The notes beneath the pieces were generated by a model. It saw nothing but the letters and a program-made list of their open reading frames with translations, was not told the origin of the DNA and made no database searches. Shown here piece after piece: positions 40,008 to 49,121 of a DNA stretch of 64,000 bases. Position numbers and translations under genes: made by a program. Source of the DNA: Myxococcales bacterium (GTDB taxonomy: Bacteria > Myxococcota_A > Polyangia > Polyangiales > JADJMO01); contig JAEUKC010000105.1 in NCBI GenBank assembly GCA_016794445.1, positions 8,949 through 72,948 of the forward strand. Direction: 5' to 3'. Numbering within the stretch: position 1 is the stretch's first letter; each line of letters starts with the position of its first letter.

Positions 40008-40382
40008 ATGAAGGCACTCGTCGTCGATGACTCGCGGGCGGTCCGCACCATCCTCACCCGGATGCTCGAGGCCGCAGGCTTCGAGGTCGCCCAGGCCGAA
40101 CACGGTCGCCACGCGCTCGAGGTGCTCGCGCGCGTGGGGCCGCCCGCCATCGCTCTGCTCGACTAGAACATGCCCGAGATGAACGGCTACGAGCTCTTGT
40201 GCGCCATCCGCGCCAACGGCGAGTACGCCGACACGAGGGTGATGATGGTGACGACGGAGAACGAGATGGAGCAGATCGGTAGAGCCCTCGAGGCGGGCGC
40301 CGACGAGTACCTCATGAAGCCGTTCGACCAGGAGGCCATGCGGGACAAGCTGGTGCTCCTCGGCTTCGAGGTGCCCTCGTGA
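40008..40382 (+). pseudogene. cheY: CheY response regulator interrupted by in-frame TAG (codon 53, nt 40164-40166)
   Basis: Reads MKALVVDDS...IALLD*NMPEMNG...MMVTTE...YLMKPF in one frame. TAG occupies the place of the conserved Trp (TGG) in DWNMP. Confidence 0.88.
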
Positions 40383-41485
40383 GCCCGCGCATCCGGGTCC
40401 TCGTGGTGGACGACTCGGTGATCATCCGCCGGATCCTCACCGAGGTGCTGTCCGAGGACCCGGACATCGAGGTGATGGGCAGCGCGCCCCACGGCCGCAT
40501 CGCCCTCGCCAAGATCGCCCAGACACCGCCCGACCTGGTCACGCTCGACGTGGAGATGCCCGAGATGGACGGCATCGAGACGCTGCGCGAGATCCGCAAG
40601 CTGCACCCCCACATGCCGGTCATCATGTTCAGCACCAAGACCGAGCGGGGTGCGTCGACCACGCTGCAGGCGCTGACCCTCGGCGCCTCGGACTACCTCA
40701 CCAAACCCGAGGCCTCCGAGGGCATCACCGAGGCCCGCGACCGCGTGCGCGCCGACCTGGTGGGCAAGGTGAAGGCGCTCGTCCGGCGGCTCCGGCCCGA
40801 GTTCAAACCGCAGCCCCCGCTCGTGGCCAAGCCCCCCGCCCCGCGGGTGCACACGCCCACGGTGCGTCGCCTCGGCCTGCCGCCCCAGCTGCTCGCCATC
40901 GGCGCCTCGACCGGCGGCCCCAACGCGCTCGCCGAGGTGCTCTCCGCGCTCCCCGCGGGCTTCCCGATCCCCGTCCTCATCACCCAGCACATGCCCCCCA
41001 TGTTCACGCGCATGCTCGCCGATCGCCTCACGACGATCTCACCCTTCAAGGCCAAGGAGGCCGAGAACGGCGACGTCCCCCAGCCGGGACACGTCTACGT
41101 GGCCCCCGGCGACCATCACCTCGTGGTGGTGCGCGACGGCACGCGCCTGGTCCTGCGCCTGAACCAGGACCCACCCGAGTGCTCGTGCCGCCCCTCGGTC
41201 GACGTCATGTTCCGCTCGATCGCGGAGACCTACGGCGGTCGGGTCCTCGCGACCATCCTCACCGGGATGGGCCAGGACGGCCTCCGCGGTTGCGAGGCGC
41301 TCGCCGCCAAGGGCGCCCAGATCCTCGCGCAGGACGAGCACACCTCGGTGGTGTGGGGAATGCCGGGCTTCGTCGCCAACGCCGGCCTCGCCGACGCCGT
41401 GCTCCCCATCCGCGAGATCGCGCCGGAGATCACGCGCCGGCTCAAGAACCCGCTCCTGGAGGGTCGTCATGCAGCTCAGTCCTGA
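40379..41485 (+). CDS. cheB: Chemotaxis methylesterase CheB (REC + esterase)
   Basis: Receiver TLDVEMP, then GASTGGP, QHMPP, RPSVD and LTGMGQDG. Confidence 0.95.
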   Translation: MSPRIRVLVVDDSVIIRRILTEVLSEDPDIEVMGSAPHGRIALAKIAQTPPDLVTLDVEMPEMDGIETLREIRKLHPHMPVIMFSTKTERGASTTLQALTLGASDYLTKPEASEGITEARDRVRADLVGKVKALVRRLRPEFKPQPPLVAKPPAPRVHTPTVRRLGLPPQLLAIGASTGGPNALAEVLSALPAGFPIPVLITQHMPPMFTRMLADRLTTISPFKAKEAENGDVPQPGHVYVAPGDHHLVVVRDGTRLVLRLNQDPPECSCRPSVDVMFRSIAETYGGRVLATILTGMGQDGLRGCEALAAKGAQILAQDEHTSVVWGMPGFVANAGLADAVLPIREIAPEITRRLKNPLLEGRHAAQS

Positions 41486-42293
41486 CGGTCTGCGATACGT
41501 GCGCGATCTCGTGTACGAACGCGCGGCCATCGTCCTCGAGTCGGGCAAGGAGTACCTCGTCGAGGCCCGCCTCGGCCCCCTCGCCAAGGAGGCCGGGCAC
41601 GGCAGCGTGGACGAGTTCCTGCGCAACATCGCCCAGAAGCCCTACAACGGCGTGCACGCCCGGGTGGTCGAGGCGATGACCACCAACGAGACCAGCTTCT
41701 TCCGGGACATCCACCCGTTCGAGGCCCTCGCCAAGCACATCCTCCCGGAGTTCCAGAAGACCCGCTCCATCGTCCGCACGCTCCGGGTCTGGTGCGCGGC
41801 CTGCTCCACCGGGCAAGAGCCCTACAGCCTCGCCATGCTGATCAAGGACCGCGCACCCCAGCTCGCCGGGTTCAAGATCGAGATCGTCGCGACGGACATC
41901 AACAACGTGGTCCTCGATCGCGCCAAGAGCGGCCGCTACCGGCAGCACGAGGTGAACCGTGGGCTGCCGGCGCCGATGCTCTACCGCCACTTCACGCGCG
42001 AGGACGCCGACTGGGTGATCAAGCCCTACCTGCGCGAGATGGTCGACTTCCGCAACCTCAACCTGATCGCCCCGTGGATCGGCATGCCGAGCCAGGTGGA
42101 CATCGTGTTCATCCGCAACGTGCTGATCTACTTCGACGTCCCCACCAAGAAGAAGATCCTCGGCCGCGTGCGCAACATGTTGCCCAAGGACGGAGTGCTG
42201 TTCCTCGGCGGCGCCGAGACGACCCTCAACCTCGACGACGGGTTCGTCCGCGCACAGGAGAGCAACGCCTCGTTCTACAAGCTGAAGCAATGA
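41469..42293 (+). CDS. cheR: Chemotaxis methyltransferase CheR
   Basis: Motifs MTTNETSFFRD, ACSTGQEPYS and RNVLIYFD. Confidence 0.95.
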   Translation: MQLSPDGLRYVRDLVYERAAIVLESGKEYLVEARLGPLAKEAGHGSVDEFLRNIAQKPYNGVHARVVEAMTTNETSFFRDIHPFEALAKHILPEFQKTRSIVRTLRVWCAACSTGQEPYSLAMLIKDRAPQLAGFKIEIVATDINNVVLDRAKSGRYRQHEVNRGLPAPMLYRHFTREDADWVIKPYLREMVDFRNLNLIAPWIGMPSQVDIVFIRNVLIYFDVPTKKKILGRVRNMLPKDGVLFLGGAETTLNLDDGFVRAQESNASFYKLKQ

Positions 42294-43429
42294 CCGGGGC
42301 GCGGAGGTTCGCGCTCCTGCTCGGCCTGCAGATGCTGCCGGCCACCATGCTCACGCCGGCGGTGCGCCCGCTGTTCGCGAGCCAGCACGCGGGCCGCGAG
42401 GGCGCGATGCACGCCTTCTTCGCGCTCGCGATGGCGGGCGCCATCCTCGGCACGCCGCTGGTCGTGCGCAAGCGGCCCCCGCTGCGCGCGCTGATCCTCC
42501 TCGATCTCGTCCTCCTGTCGTTGCTCCCGCTGCACCTGCCCACCACGCTGGTCCTCGCCTTGCGTTTCGTCGAGGGCGCGGCGCACGTCGGCACGACCAC
42601 CTGCCTGATGGCGCTCGCCGCCGAGTACGCGCGTCGGGAGGGGTGCGCCCGGACCATTCCCGCCGCCGCGGCCGCCATCGGCGTCGCCGTGGCCCTCGGG
42701 AGCGCGCTCGGCGGCCTCGCGGTGCACGTCGGTGGTCCCCGGGCGGTGTTCGGTGTGGCCGCCGGTCTCCTGGTGGTCGTCGCTCTCCTTGCGCCGGCGC
42801 AGGCCCCGAGCCCCACGACGACCCGCCGCGCCCCCCTCGACCCCACCGCGTTCGCCAGCGCGTTCCTCGGCCGATTCGTGGTCGGCTGCCTGGTGGTCAC
42901 GTTCGCGCTCTTCGCGCACCGCGTGCACCACGTCAGCGACGCCAGGATCGGCGCCCTGTTCGCCGCGGTGACCGTGCCCTTCGCCCTCGCGAGCTACCCG
43001 CTCGGTCGCCTCGCCGGCCGCGGCAACGCCGACGGCCTCGCGTTCTTCGGGTCGATCGCCGCCGGCGCGGGGCTCCTCTCGCTGGGGTTCTGCTCGACGC
43101 TCCTGCTCCCCCTCCCCATGATCGTCTTCGGCCTCGGCGGCTCGGCGCTCTTCGCCAGCGCGGTCGAGCGCTCGTCGGCGGGCCACGGCGACCGCGCCCG
43201 CGCGATGGGTGCGCTCCAGGTTGCGGGCTGCGCGGGCATGCTGCTCGGCCCCATCGTGGCCGGCGTCGTCGCCACCGTCACCCGCAGCGCCGTCGACCCC
43301 GCCCGCGCGCCCCGGGCCGTCTTCTTGCTGGGTGCGGGGGTCAGCGTGGCCTTCGCGCTGTTCTGTCGGGTCCGGGCACGCGCGTTGCTCGATCGTCCGA
43401 CGTGCCCCTCCGTGTCGCCGACTACCTGA
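42290..43429 (+). CDS. MFS transporter
   Basis: About 12 hydrophobic helices, with LRFVEGAA and GRLAGRG motifs. ATGA overlap with cheR. Confidence 0.78.
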   Translation: MTGARRFALLLGLQMLPATMLTPAVRPLFASQHAGREGAMHAFFALAMAGAILGTPLVVRKRPPLRALILLDLVLLSLLPLHLPTTLVLALRFVEGAAHVGTTTCLMALAAEYARREGCARTIPAAAAAIGVAVALGSALGGLAVHVGGPRAVFGVAAGLLVVVALLAPAQAPSPTTTRRAPLDPTAFASAFLGRFVVGCLVVTFALFAHRVHHVSDARIGALFAAVTVPFALASYPLGRLAGRGNADGLAFFGSIAAGAGLLSLGFCSTLLLPLPMIVFGLGGSALFASAVERSSAGHGDRARAMGALQVAGCAGMLLGPIVAGVVATVTRSAVDPARAPRAVFLLGAGVSVAFALFCRVRARALLDRPTCPSVSPTT

Positions 43430-43977
43430 CCCTCTCGCGCGTGCCGCTCGCCGCGGTGTTCGTGCTCGTGGCCGGGCAACCTCGGTGGGCGACCGTCGTG
43501 CTGGTCGTCGCCGGGCTCACCGACGTCCTCGACGGCTGGGTCGCGCGGCGCCGCGGCGAGGCGCACGAGCTCGGCGCCCTGCTCGACGGGATCGTGGACA
43601 AGATCTTCGTGCTGACGGTGGCGATCGCTCTCGTCGTGCAGGCTCGGCTGACCAAGACGGAGGCCGTGCTGCTCGGCGTGCGCGATCTCGGCGAGCTGGT
43701 GCTCATCGGCGTGGCCCTCCTGCTCCCCATGCGCGCCGTGCGCCGGATCGGGGCAGAGTGGCTCGGCAAGGCGACGACGATCGCCCAGTTCGCCGCGGTG
43801 CTCGCCGCGATCCACGGCGTGGCCGAGCGGCCGCTGCTCTGCGCCCTCGCGGCCGGCCTCGGCGTCGCGACCACGTTCGCCCACGCGCGCCGGTCGCTGG
43901 TCGACCCGGGCGTACGCGCGGCCTCGATCGTGAAGAGCTCGCCGTCGGTGGTGGTGTACCGGGGCCCGGAGCCCTAG
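43402..43977 (+). CDS. CDP-alcohol phosphatidyltransferase family protein
   Basis: LTLSR, then TDVLDGWVARRRG...GALLDGIVDK and GKATT. Confidence 0.85.
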   Translation: MPLRVADYLTLSRVPLAAVFVLVAGQPRWATVVLVVAGLTDVLDGWVARRRGEAHELGALLDGIVDKIFVLTVAIALVVQARLTKTEAVLLGVRDLGELVLIGVALLLPMRAVRRIGAEWLGKATTIAQFAAVLAAIHGVAERPLLCALAAGLGVATTFAHARRSLVDPGVRAASIVKSSPSVVVYRGPEP

Positions 43978-44384
43978 TCGACGGGGCCTCCCACGCAGAT
44001 CGACCCGCTCTGCTGCGCGAGCACACACGACCAGCGCCCGCCGCTGCCGCAGCGACACACGTAGCCGTTCAGCGGCCCCGGGGTCGTGCCCTTGCACTGG
44101 ATGGCGATGCCGATCGTGCAGGCCCCCTCGCCCTCGCAGTTGCCCGTCGGCAGCGCCCGCGCCTGCAAGTTGCCCGACGGCACGTCCGCGCCGCAGCTCG
44201 GCGTGCACTTGGGGAGCGAGCTCGCGCCCACCACGTCCTCATACGGCAGGGCCAGCGCCTGGCTGTTGGTCATCCGCGGCCCGTCGGCGCAGACCCAGTG
44301 CGTGGTCGCAGGGGTCGTCGGGTCGCTCGCACACGCACCCAGAGCGAGCACGCTGGGGACGAGGGTGTGCCGTGGCTTCCTCAC
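43974..44384 (-). CDS. Small Cys-rich lipoprotein
   Basis: Lipobox ALGA-C and about 10 Cys. Start is uncertain (GTG at 44384 or 44390). Confidence 0.55.
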   Translation of the reverse strand: MRKPRHTLVPSVLALGACASDPTTPATTHWVCADGPRMTNSQALALPYEDVVGASSLPKCTPSCGADVPSGNLQARALPTGNCEGEGACTIGIAIQCKGTTPGPLNGYVCRCGSGGRWSCVLAQQSGSICVGGPVD

Positions 44385-44395
44385 GGTCACCGTGC

Positions 44396-44411
44396 AGCAA
44401 TCTGCGAGCCA
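44396..44411 (-). promoter_or_regulatory. Sigma54 -24/-12 promoter
   Basis: Minus strand reads TGGCTCGCAGATTGCT, one mismatch to TGGCACG-N4-TTGCW. Confidence 0.65.
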
Positions 44412-44541
44412 GCAATTTCGGCCGAACATCGTGCCTCTGGGTCGCAGAATTGTGCCACTCCTGTGCCGAAGCCCCGCAACCTTCGACACGTGACAGCCGG
44501 GCTTTTCGTCGCGTAGCTTCGGTCGACCCAAGGAGGGGACC

Positions 44542-45321
44542 ATGGCCGACAATCACGGGAAGTTCTGCTGGTACGAGCTGATGACGACCGACACCGAGGG
44601 CGCGAAGGCGTTCTACACGAAGCTGATTCGCTGGGGCACGCAGCCCATCCCCATGCCGGACATGGAGTACACGATGTGGCTCCGCCCGGGCTCGACCGAC
44701 GGCGTCGGCGGGCTCAGCACGCTGCCGGCCGAGGCCAAGGCCATGGGCGCGCCTCCACACTGGCTGCTGCACGTCGCGGTGAACAGCGTCGACGACACCG
44801 CGAAGCTCGTCACGGAGCTCGGGGGCAAGACCTTCGTTCCCCCCACCGACATCCCGGGCTTCGGCCGCTTCGCCGTGTTCGCCGACCACTCGGGCGCCGT
44901 GTTCGCGGCCTACACCGGGGCCGACGCGAGCGTCGAGGTCAAGGAGCCGAACGACACGCTCGGCAACGTCGCGTGGCACGAGCTGATGACGGCCGACGTC
45001 GAGGCCGCGTGTGCGTTCTACGGCCGCCTCTTCGGCTGGAAGAAGACGAGCGCCATGGACATGGGCCCCGAGATGGGCCCGTACCAGATGTTCGGCCTCG
45101 GCGAGAAGTCGTACGGCGGCATGATGAAGCGCCCGCCGAACGTCCCGGTGTCGGCGTGGTTGCCGTACTTCAACGTGGAGAGCGTCGACCAGTCGGTGAC
45201 CGCGTTCGAGGGACTCGGCGCGAAGCTGATGCACGGGCCGATGGAGGTCCCCGGTGGCGCGCGGGTCGCCGTCGGCATCGACCCGCAGGGCGCCGCGTTC
45301 GCGATCCACTCGACGAAGTGA
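44542..45321 (+). CDS. VOC (glyoxalase/bleomycin resistance) two-domain protein
   Basis: Repeated W(Y/H)ELMT...FY..L..W and DPQGAAF motifs. AGGAGG SD upstream. Confidence 0.9.
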   Translation: MADNHGKFCWYELMTTDTEGAKAFYTKLIRWGTQPIPMPDMEYTMWLRPGSTDGVGGLSTLPAEAKAMGAPPHWLLHVAVNSVDDTAKLVTELGGKTFVPPTDIPGFGRFAVFADHSGAVFAAYTGADASVEVKEPNDTLGNVAWHELMTADVEAACAFYGRLFGWKKTSAMDMGPEMGPYQMFGLGEKSYGGMMKRPPNVPVSAWLPYFNVESVDQSVTAFEGLGAKLMHGPMEVPGGARVAVGIDPQGAAFAIHSTK

Positions 45322-45386
45322 CCGAGCGGCCGCGAGCGCCCCGTGGTGCTCGCGGCCCCGGGTCCCGACCCGAGTGGGTGGTGACG

Positions 45387-46298
45387 TCAACCCAGCAACC
45401 CGGGATCGAGGTCGATCGCGACCAGGGTGCCCAGCGCCTGGAACGCGATCACGCGCAGCCCCGGGACGAGGAGCGGGCCGACGAGGTCCGCGACAGGGTG
45501 ACCGCTGTGACTGCGGAACACCACGCCGTCGACGTCGATCCACCACGTGGCGCCAGGCCCGCCGCTGCTCGGGGCCGCGACCGCCGTCCCGTGGAGGGCG
45601 GAGGGCCGCCGCGGCGCCGCGAGGAGCCGCGTCGTGAGGCCGAGCGCGACGACCGCCGCGCCGAGCGATGCGAGCCAGAACACCGGGAGGCGCTGGCCGA
45701 CCCAGACGACGCAGACGTCGGGTCGCAGGATCGCCACGACGCCGGCCATGGCGGCCGCCGCCCACGCGATGCCCGCGAGCAGACCGCGCGTGGCCCGCCC
45801 GGCTCGGGCCCACCGCGCCGCCGATGGCGGGAGGTGTCCCTGGCCGAGGGCTGTGAGGTCGGCCGGCGTGTGCCCCTGGGCCGAGAGCAGCGCGTGCCGG
45901 TAGGCTGCGACCTGGTCCCTGGAGGGGGCGCCTGGCGCCGTCGCTGAGGCACCCCAGGCCTCGCCGCCGACCGCCAGGCCGGAGGCGCGCAGCACGTACA
46001 GCCGCCACCGCCCCGGCAGCGGCGGCAGGTACACGGTCGCGTGCAGCACGACCTGCGGGACGGCCTGCGCTCGGTACACGCAGAGCGCGCCGGCGCGTTC
46101 CCAGTCGACCGTGCAGTCCACGGGCACGACGGCGCCCGTGCGCAGATCCTCCTCGAGGCGGTGCCGTTCCGGCGTCGGCTCCGACCAGGGCCCGCTCGAC
46201 CCCGAGAGGCGTGCCGACAGGGTGCGCGCGCGATCGCGACACGTGGACGGCAGGGCGCCGGCGCGGAGCAGCGCGATCTCTTCGGGGGCGGAGATCAT
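45387..46298 (-). CDS. Hypothetical membrane protein (2 TM)
   Basis: ATG overlaps the stop of the upstream zinc-ribbon gene (ATGA). Two hydrophobic segments. Confidence 0.55.
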   Translation of the reverse strand: MISAPEEIALLRAGALPSTCRDRARTLSARLSGSSGPWSEPTPERHRLEEDLRTGAVVPVDCTVDWERAGALCVYRAQAVPQVVLHATVYLPPLPGRWRLYVLRASGLAVGGEAWGASATAPGAPSRDQVAAYRHALLSAQGHTPADLTALGQGHLPPSAARWARAGRATRGLLAGIAWAAAAMAGVVAILRPDVCVVWVGQRLPVFWLASLGAAVVALGLTTRLLAAPRRPSALHGTAVAAPSSGGPGATWWIDVDGVVFRSHSGHPVADLVGPLLVPGLRVIAFQALGTLVAIDLDPGLLG

Positions 46299-47260
46299 CG
46301 GAGCTTCGACAGGATCCCGAGGATCAATGCGACGCCCATCACGACCGCGATCCCGACGAGGAAGAGCTTCTCGAAGTGTCGGTCGACGAACGACGCGGCG
46401 ACCACCGGCGCAGGGGGCGGGCGGTGCCTCTCGGCCTCGAGGTGCGCGCGGTACGCGCCGCGCACGCTCGACTCTCCCTGGAAGCAGATCCAGACGGGCG
46501 CGGCGTCGGCCGCCTTCGCCCGCGCCTCGAGCGGCAGGCGCGAGGCGGTCTTGCAGTGGCCGCACGTGATCACGGGATCGACGGACGCCGGAAGCGGCCC
46601 GCCGCACGTCGGGCAGACGAGGGCCGTCGCCCCCGGCGTCGTCCGGGCGCGCGGCTCGAGGCGGTGCTCGTGGCCCAGCACGCAGGCGACCTCCGCGAAC
46701 GGGACGCCGTCCATGCGGCGGTAGGGGGCGACGGTGCCGCAGCGCGTGCACCGCGCGACGACGGCCTCGGCCTCGGTGGTGATCACCAGCGCATCCCCGC
46801 ATGCGCAGAGCGGGGTGCCGGGGAGCACCGAGAGGTCCCAGCCGTCCATCACCGCATGGTGCACGTCGGCGAGCAGATCGCGGTCCCGCGGGCGAAACGA
46901 TCGGGGGACGTGGCCGCTCAGCACGTCCACGTTGTCGTGGCCCGCGGCGAGCACCCCGGCCACGTCCGTCGCCGAGAACGGGGTCTCGACGAAGCAGTGC
47001 AGGCAAGGGACCGCGCCGGTCGTGGGGAGTCCGACGAAGGGCGAACGTAGGCCGCAGGCGCGGCACGCGAACCAGCCCTGGAGCCGCGCCCACGTCCCTG
47101 GGTCGGCGGCCCTCTCGACCAGCTGCAACGGCGCCGCACAGCTCCGGCAGCGCGGGTCGTCGTTCGAGGCGAGGGGCGGCGCGACCCCGCAGTGCGCACA
47201 GACCCGCACGCGTTGAGGCTGCCCTGCGCCCTCACGTGGGGTCAAGCCCTGCAGGGCCAC
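46295..47260 (-). CDS. Multi-zinc-ribbon protein with C-terminal TM anchor
   Basis: Knuckles CAHC, CRSC, CRAC, CLHC, CAC, CTRC, CPTC and CGHC, then a hydrophobic C-terminus. Start is uncertain. Confidence 0.65.
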   Translation of the reverse strand: MALQGLTPREGAGQPQRVRVCAHCGVAPPLASNDDPRCRSCAAPLQLVERAADPGTWARLQGWFACRACGLRSPFVGLPTTGAVPCLHCFVETPFSATDVAGVLAAGHDNVDVLSGHVPRSFRPRDRDLLADVHHAVMDGWDLSVLPGTPLCACGDALVITTEAEAVVARCTRCGTVAPYRRMDGVPFAEVACVLGHEHRLEPRARTTPGATALVCPTCGGPLPASVDPVITCGHCKTASRLPLEARAKAADAAPVWICFQGESSVRGAYRAHLEAERHRPPPAPVVAASFVDRHFEKLFLVGIAVVMGVALILGILSKLR

Positions 47261-47285
47261 CGGCGTGTCGTCTGCAGGTAACAAT

Positions 47286-47316
47286 TGTCAGTCTAGTCCT
47301 GACAGACTGTCCGACT
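47286..47316. promoter_or_regulatory. Overlapping inverted repeats, candidate repressor operator
   Basis: TGTCAG-N7-CTGACA (47286-47304) and GACAG-A-CTGTC (47301-47311) lie in a relatively AT-rich divergent intergenic region. Confidence 0.4.
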
Positions 47317-47361
47317 GGGTCAACATTGTCGGACCCGACTGGAGACCGCACCTTCGAGAGC

Positions 47362-48273
47362 ATGGACAGCAAGCTCATCGTGGTCGCCGGCGCTGCCGGC
47401 AAGCTCGGACGCCTTCTCGTCGACGCCCTCGTCGCCCACCCCTCGACGCGCGTGCGAGCCCTGGTGCGCGACCCGCGCAAGCCCGAGGTCGCTTCCCTGG
47501 CGAGCGACCGCGTGGAGCTGATGGCCTTCGACGCGGTGAGCGCCACCGACGCCGAGCGTGTCGCCGCCGTGAGCGGTGCCTTCGCGGTGGTCTCGACGCT
47601 CCAGGGGGGGCCGGACGTCATCGTCGACGCGCAGCTCGCGCTCCTGCGTGCGGCCAGGGCGGCGGGGGCGAGGCGATTCATCCCGTCGGACTACTCCTAC
47701 AACGTGTTCACCCTGCCCGAGGGGATCAACGTGAACTCCGATTGGCGTCGCACGCTGGGGCGGCAGGCAGAGAACGAGGTCTCCGACTCGTTCGAGGTCG
47801 TCCACGTCATGCAGGGCATCTTCGCCGACCGCTACGTCCTCGGCTTCCTCGGGCTCCTCGACGCAGAACAGGGCGTCGTGCGCTACTGGGGAGACGGCAC
47901 GACCCCCATCGACTGGACGACCTGGCAGGACACGGCCCGGTTCACCGCGGCCGCGGCGCTCGACGACCGCAAGGTGCCCGCGCACCTGTTCGTGTCCGGG
48001 CAACGGGCAGACGTCCTGTCCTTCGCGAAGGCCTGGGAAGCGGCGCACGGCAAGGCGCTACGCCTCGAGCGCCTCGGCTCCCTCGCCGAGCTGCAGGCCG
48101 AGACGAGCCGACGACTCGCCACCGAGCCGGCCAACATGTACGCGTGGCTGCCGCTCATGTACGCGCGCGGCGTGTTCGAGGGCCAGGCCCTGCTGGGCCC
48201 GACGCACCACGCGATCTACCCCGAGATCGACGTCGAGGACCTCTCGGCGGCGATGGCGCGCGGAGCCGTGTGA
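47362..48273 (+). CDS. NmrA-like / isoflavone-reductase-like NAD(P)-binding protein
   Basis: Rossmann motif VAGAAGKLG, plus RRFIPSDY and WGDG. Confidence 0.85.
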   Translation: MDSKLIVVAGAAGKLGRLLVDALVAHPSTRVRALVRDPRKPEVASLASDRVELMAFDAVSATDAERVAAVSGAFAVVSTLQGGPDVIVDAQLALLRAARAAGARRFIPSDYSYNVFTLPEGINVNSDWRRTLGRQAENEVSDSFEVVHVMQGIFADRYVLGFLGLLDAEQGVVRYWGDGTTPIDWTTWQDTARFTAAAALDDRKVPAHLFVSGQRADVLSFAKAWEAAHGKALRLERLGSLAELQAETSRRLATEPANMYAWLPLMYARGVFEGQALLGPTHHAIYPEIDVEDLSAAMARGAV

Positions 48274-49121
48274 TGGCGGCCGCGCGCTCGATCGCCGCGA
48301 AGGTGAGCCTCGGCGAGACGCGGATGGGACTGGGCTTCACCTCGTTCGGGCTGCGTCACCTCCCAGGCTACCCGCTCGATCCGTTCCTGAACCTCGACGA
48401 CTTCCGGATGTCCGAGCCGACGTTCCCGCCTCACCCGCACGCGGGGTTCTCCGCCGTGACCTACATGTTCGAGGACTCCCCCGGCGCGTTCGTCAACCGC
48501 GACAGCCTCGGCGATCGGAGCCGCATCGGTCCTGGCACGCTGCACTGGACCCAGGCGGCGCACGGGATGATGCACGAAGAGGTCCCCGAGCGGGCCGGAG
48601 AGGTGTGCCACGGTCTCCAGATGTTCGTGAACCTCCGATCGGACCACAAGAACGCGGCGCCCGCGGCGTTCCACGTCGAGGCCGGGGACATCCCGGAGGT
48701 GTCGCTCGGCGAGGGCGCGAGGGTCCGGGTCCTCGCCGGCGAGTTCGCGGGTCGCTCGGCGCTGCCCGAGTTGCTGACCCCCATCGTGTTCCTCGACGTT
48801 CACCTCGGCGCGTGGGCCGAAGCCGTCTTGCCCATCGCGGCCGCCTGCTGCTTCTTGCTGGTCGTCTCCGGAGGCGGCACCGTCGGGGTCGACCGCACCG
48901 CGATCCAGGCGCACGACGCGGTGGGTCTCGCTGCCGACGGGGAAGACGTCGTCCTCGCGGCCGGCGCTGGAGGACTGCAGCTCTTGCTCGGCGCCGGAAG
49001 GCCCATCGGTGAGCCGGTCGTCTTCGGCGGCCCGTTCGCCATGACGACCGAACGCGACCTCGCCGCGGCCAAGGCCCGGTATGCTCGCGGCGAGATGGGC
49101 CGACTCGAGCGGTCGTTCTAG
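48273..49121 (+). CDS. Pirin family protein
   Basis: Motifs DPFLNLDDF, PHPHAGF, GMMHEE, GLQMFVNL and GPFAMTT. Confidence 0.92.
   Translation: MAAARSIAAKVSLGETRMGLGFTSFGLRHLPGYPLDPFLNLDDFRMSEPTFPPHPHAGFSAVTYMFEDSPGAFVNRDSLGDRSRIGPGTLHWTQAAHGMMHEEVPERAGEVCHGLQMFVNLRSDHKNAAPAAFHVEAGDIPEVSLGEGARVRVLAGEFAGRSALPELLTPIVFLDVHLGAWAEAVLPIAAACCFLLVVSGGGTVGVDRTAIQAHDAVGLAADGEDVVLAAGAGGLQLLLGAGRPIGEPVVFGGPFAMTTERDLAAAKARYARGEMGRLERSF

Noticed and set aside
40164-40166. Genome-wide TAG reassignment or pyrrolysine
   Set aside because: TAG ends many genes at their expected C-termini (GGDEF, sppA, pirin, GH31, prkA). No pyl genes are present, and only one in-frame TAG was found.
44441-44457. Second sigma54 site TGGCACAATTCTGC (minus strand)
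   Set aside because: GG-to-GC spacing is 9 nt rather than the required 10.
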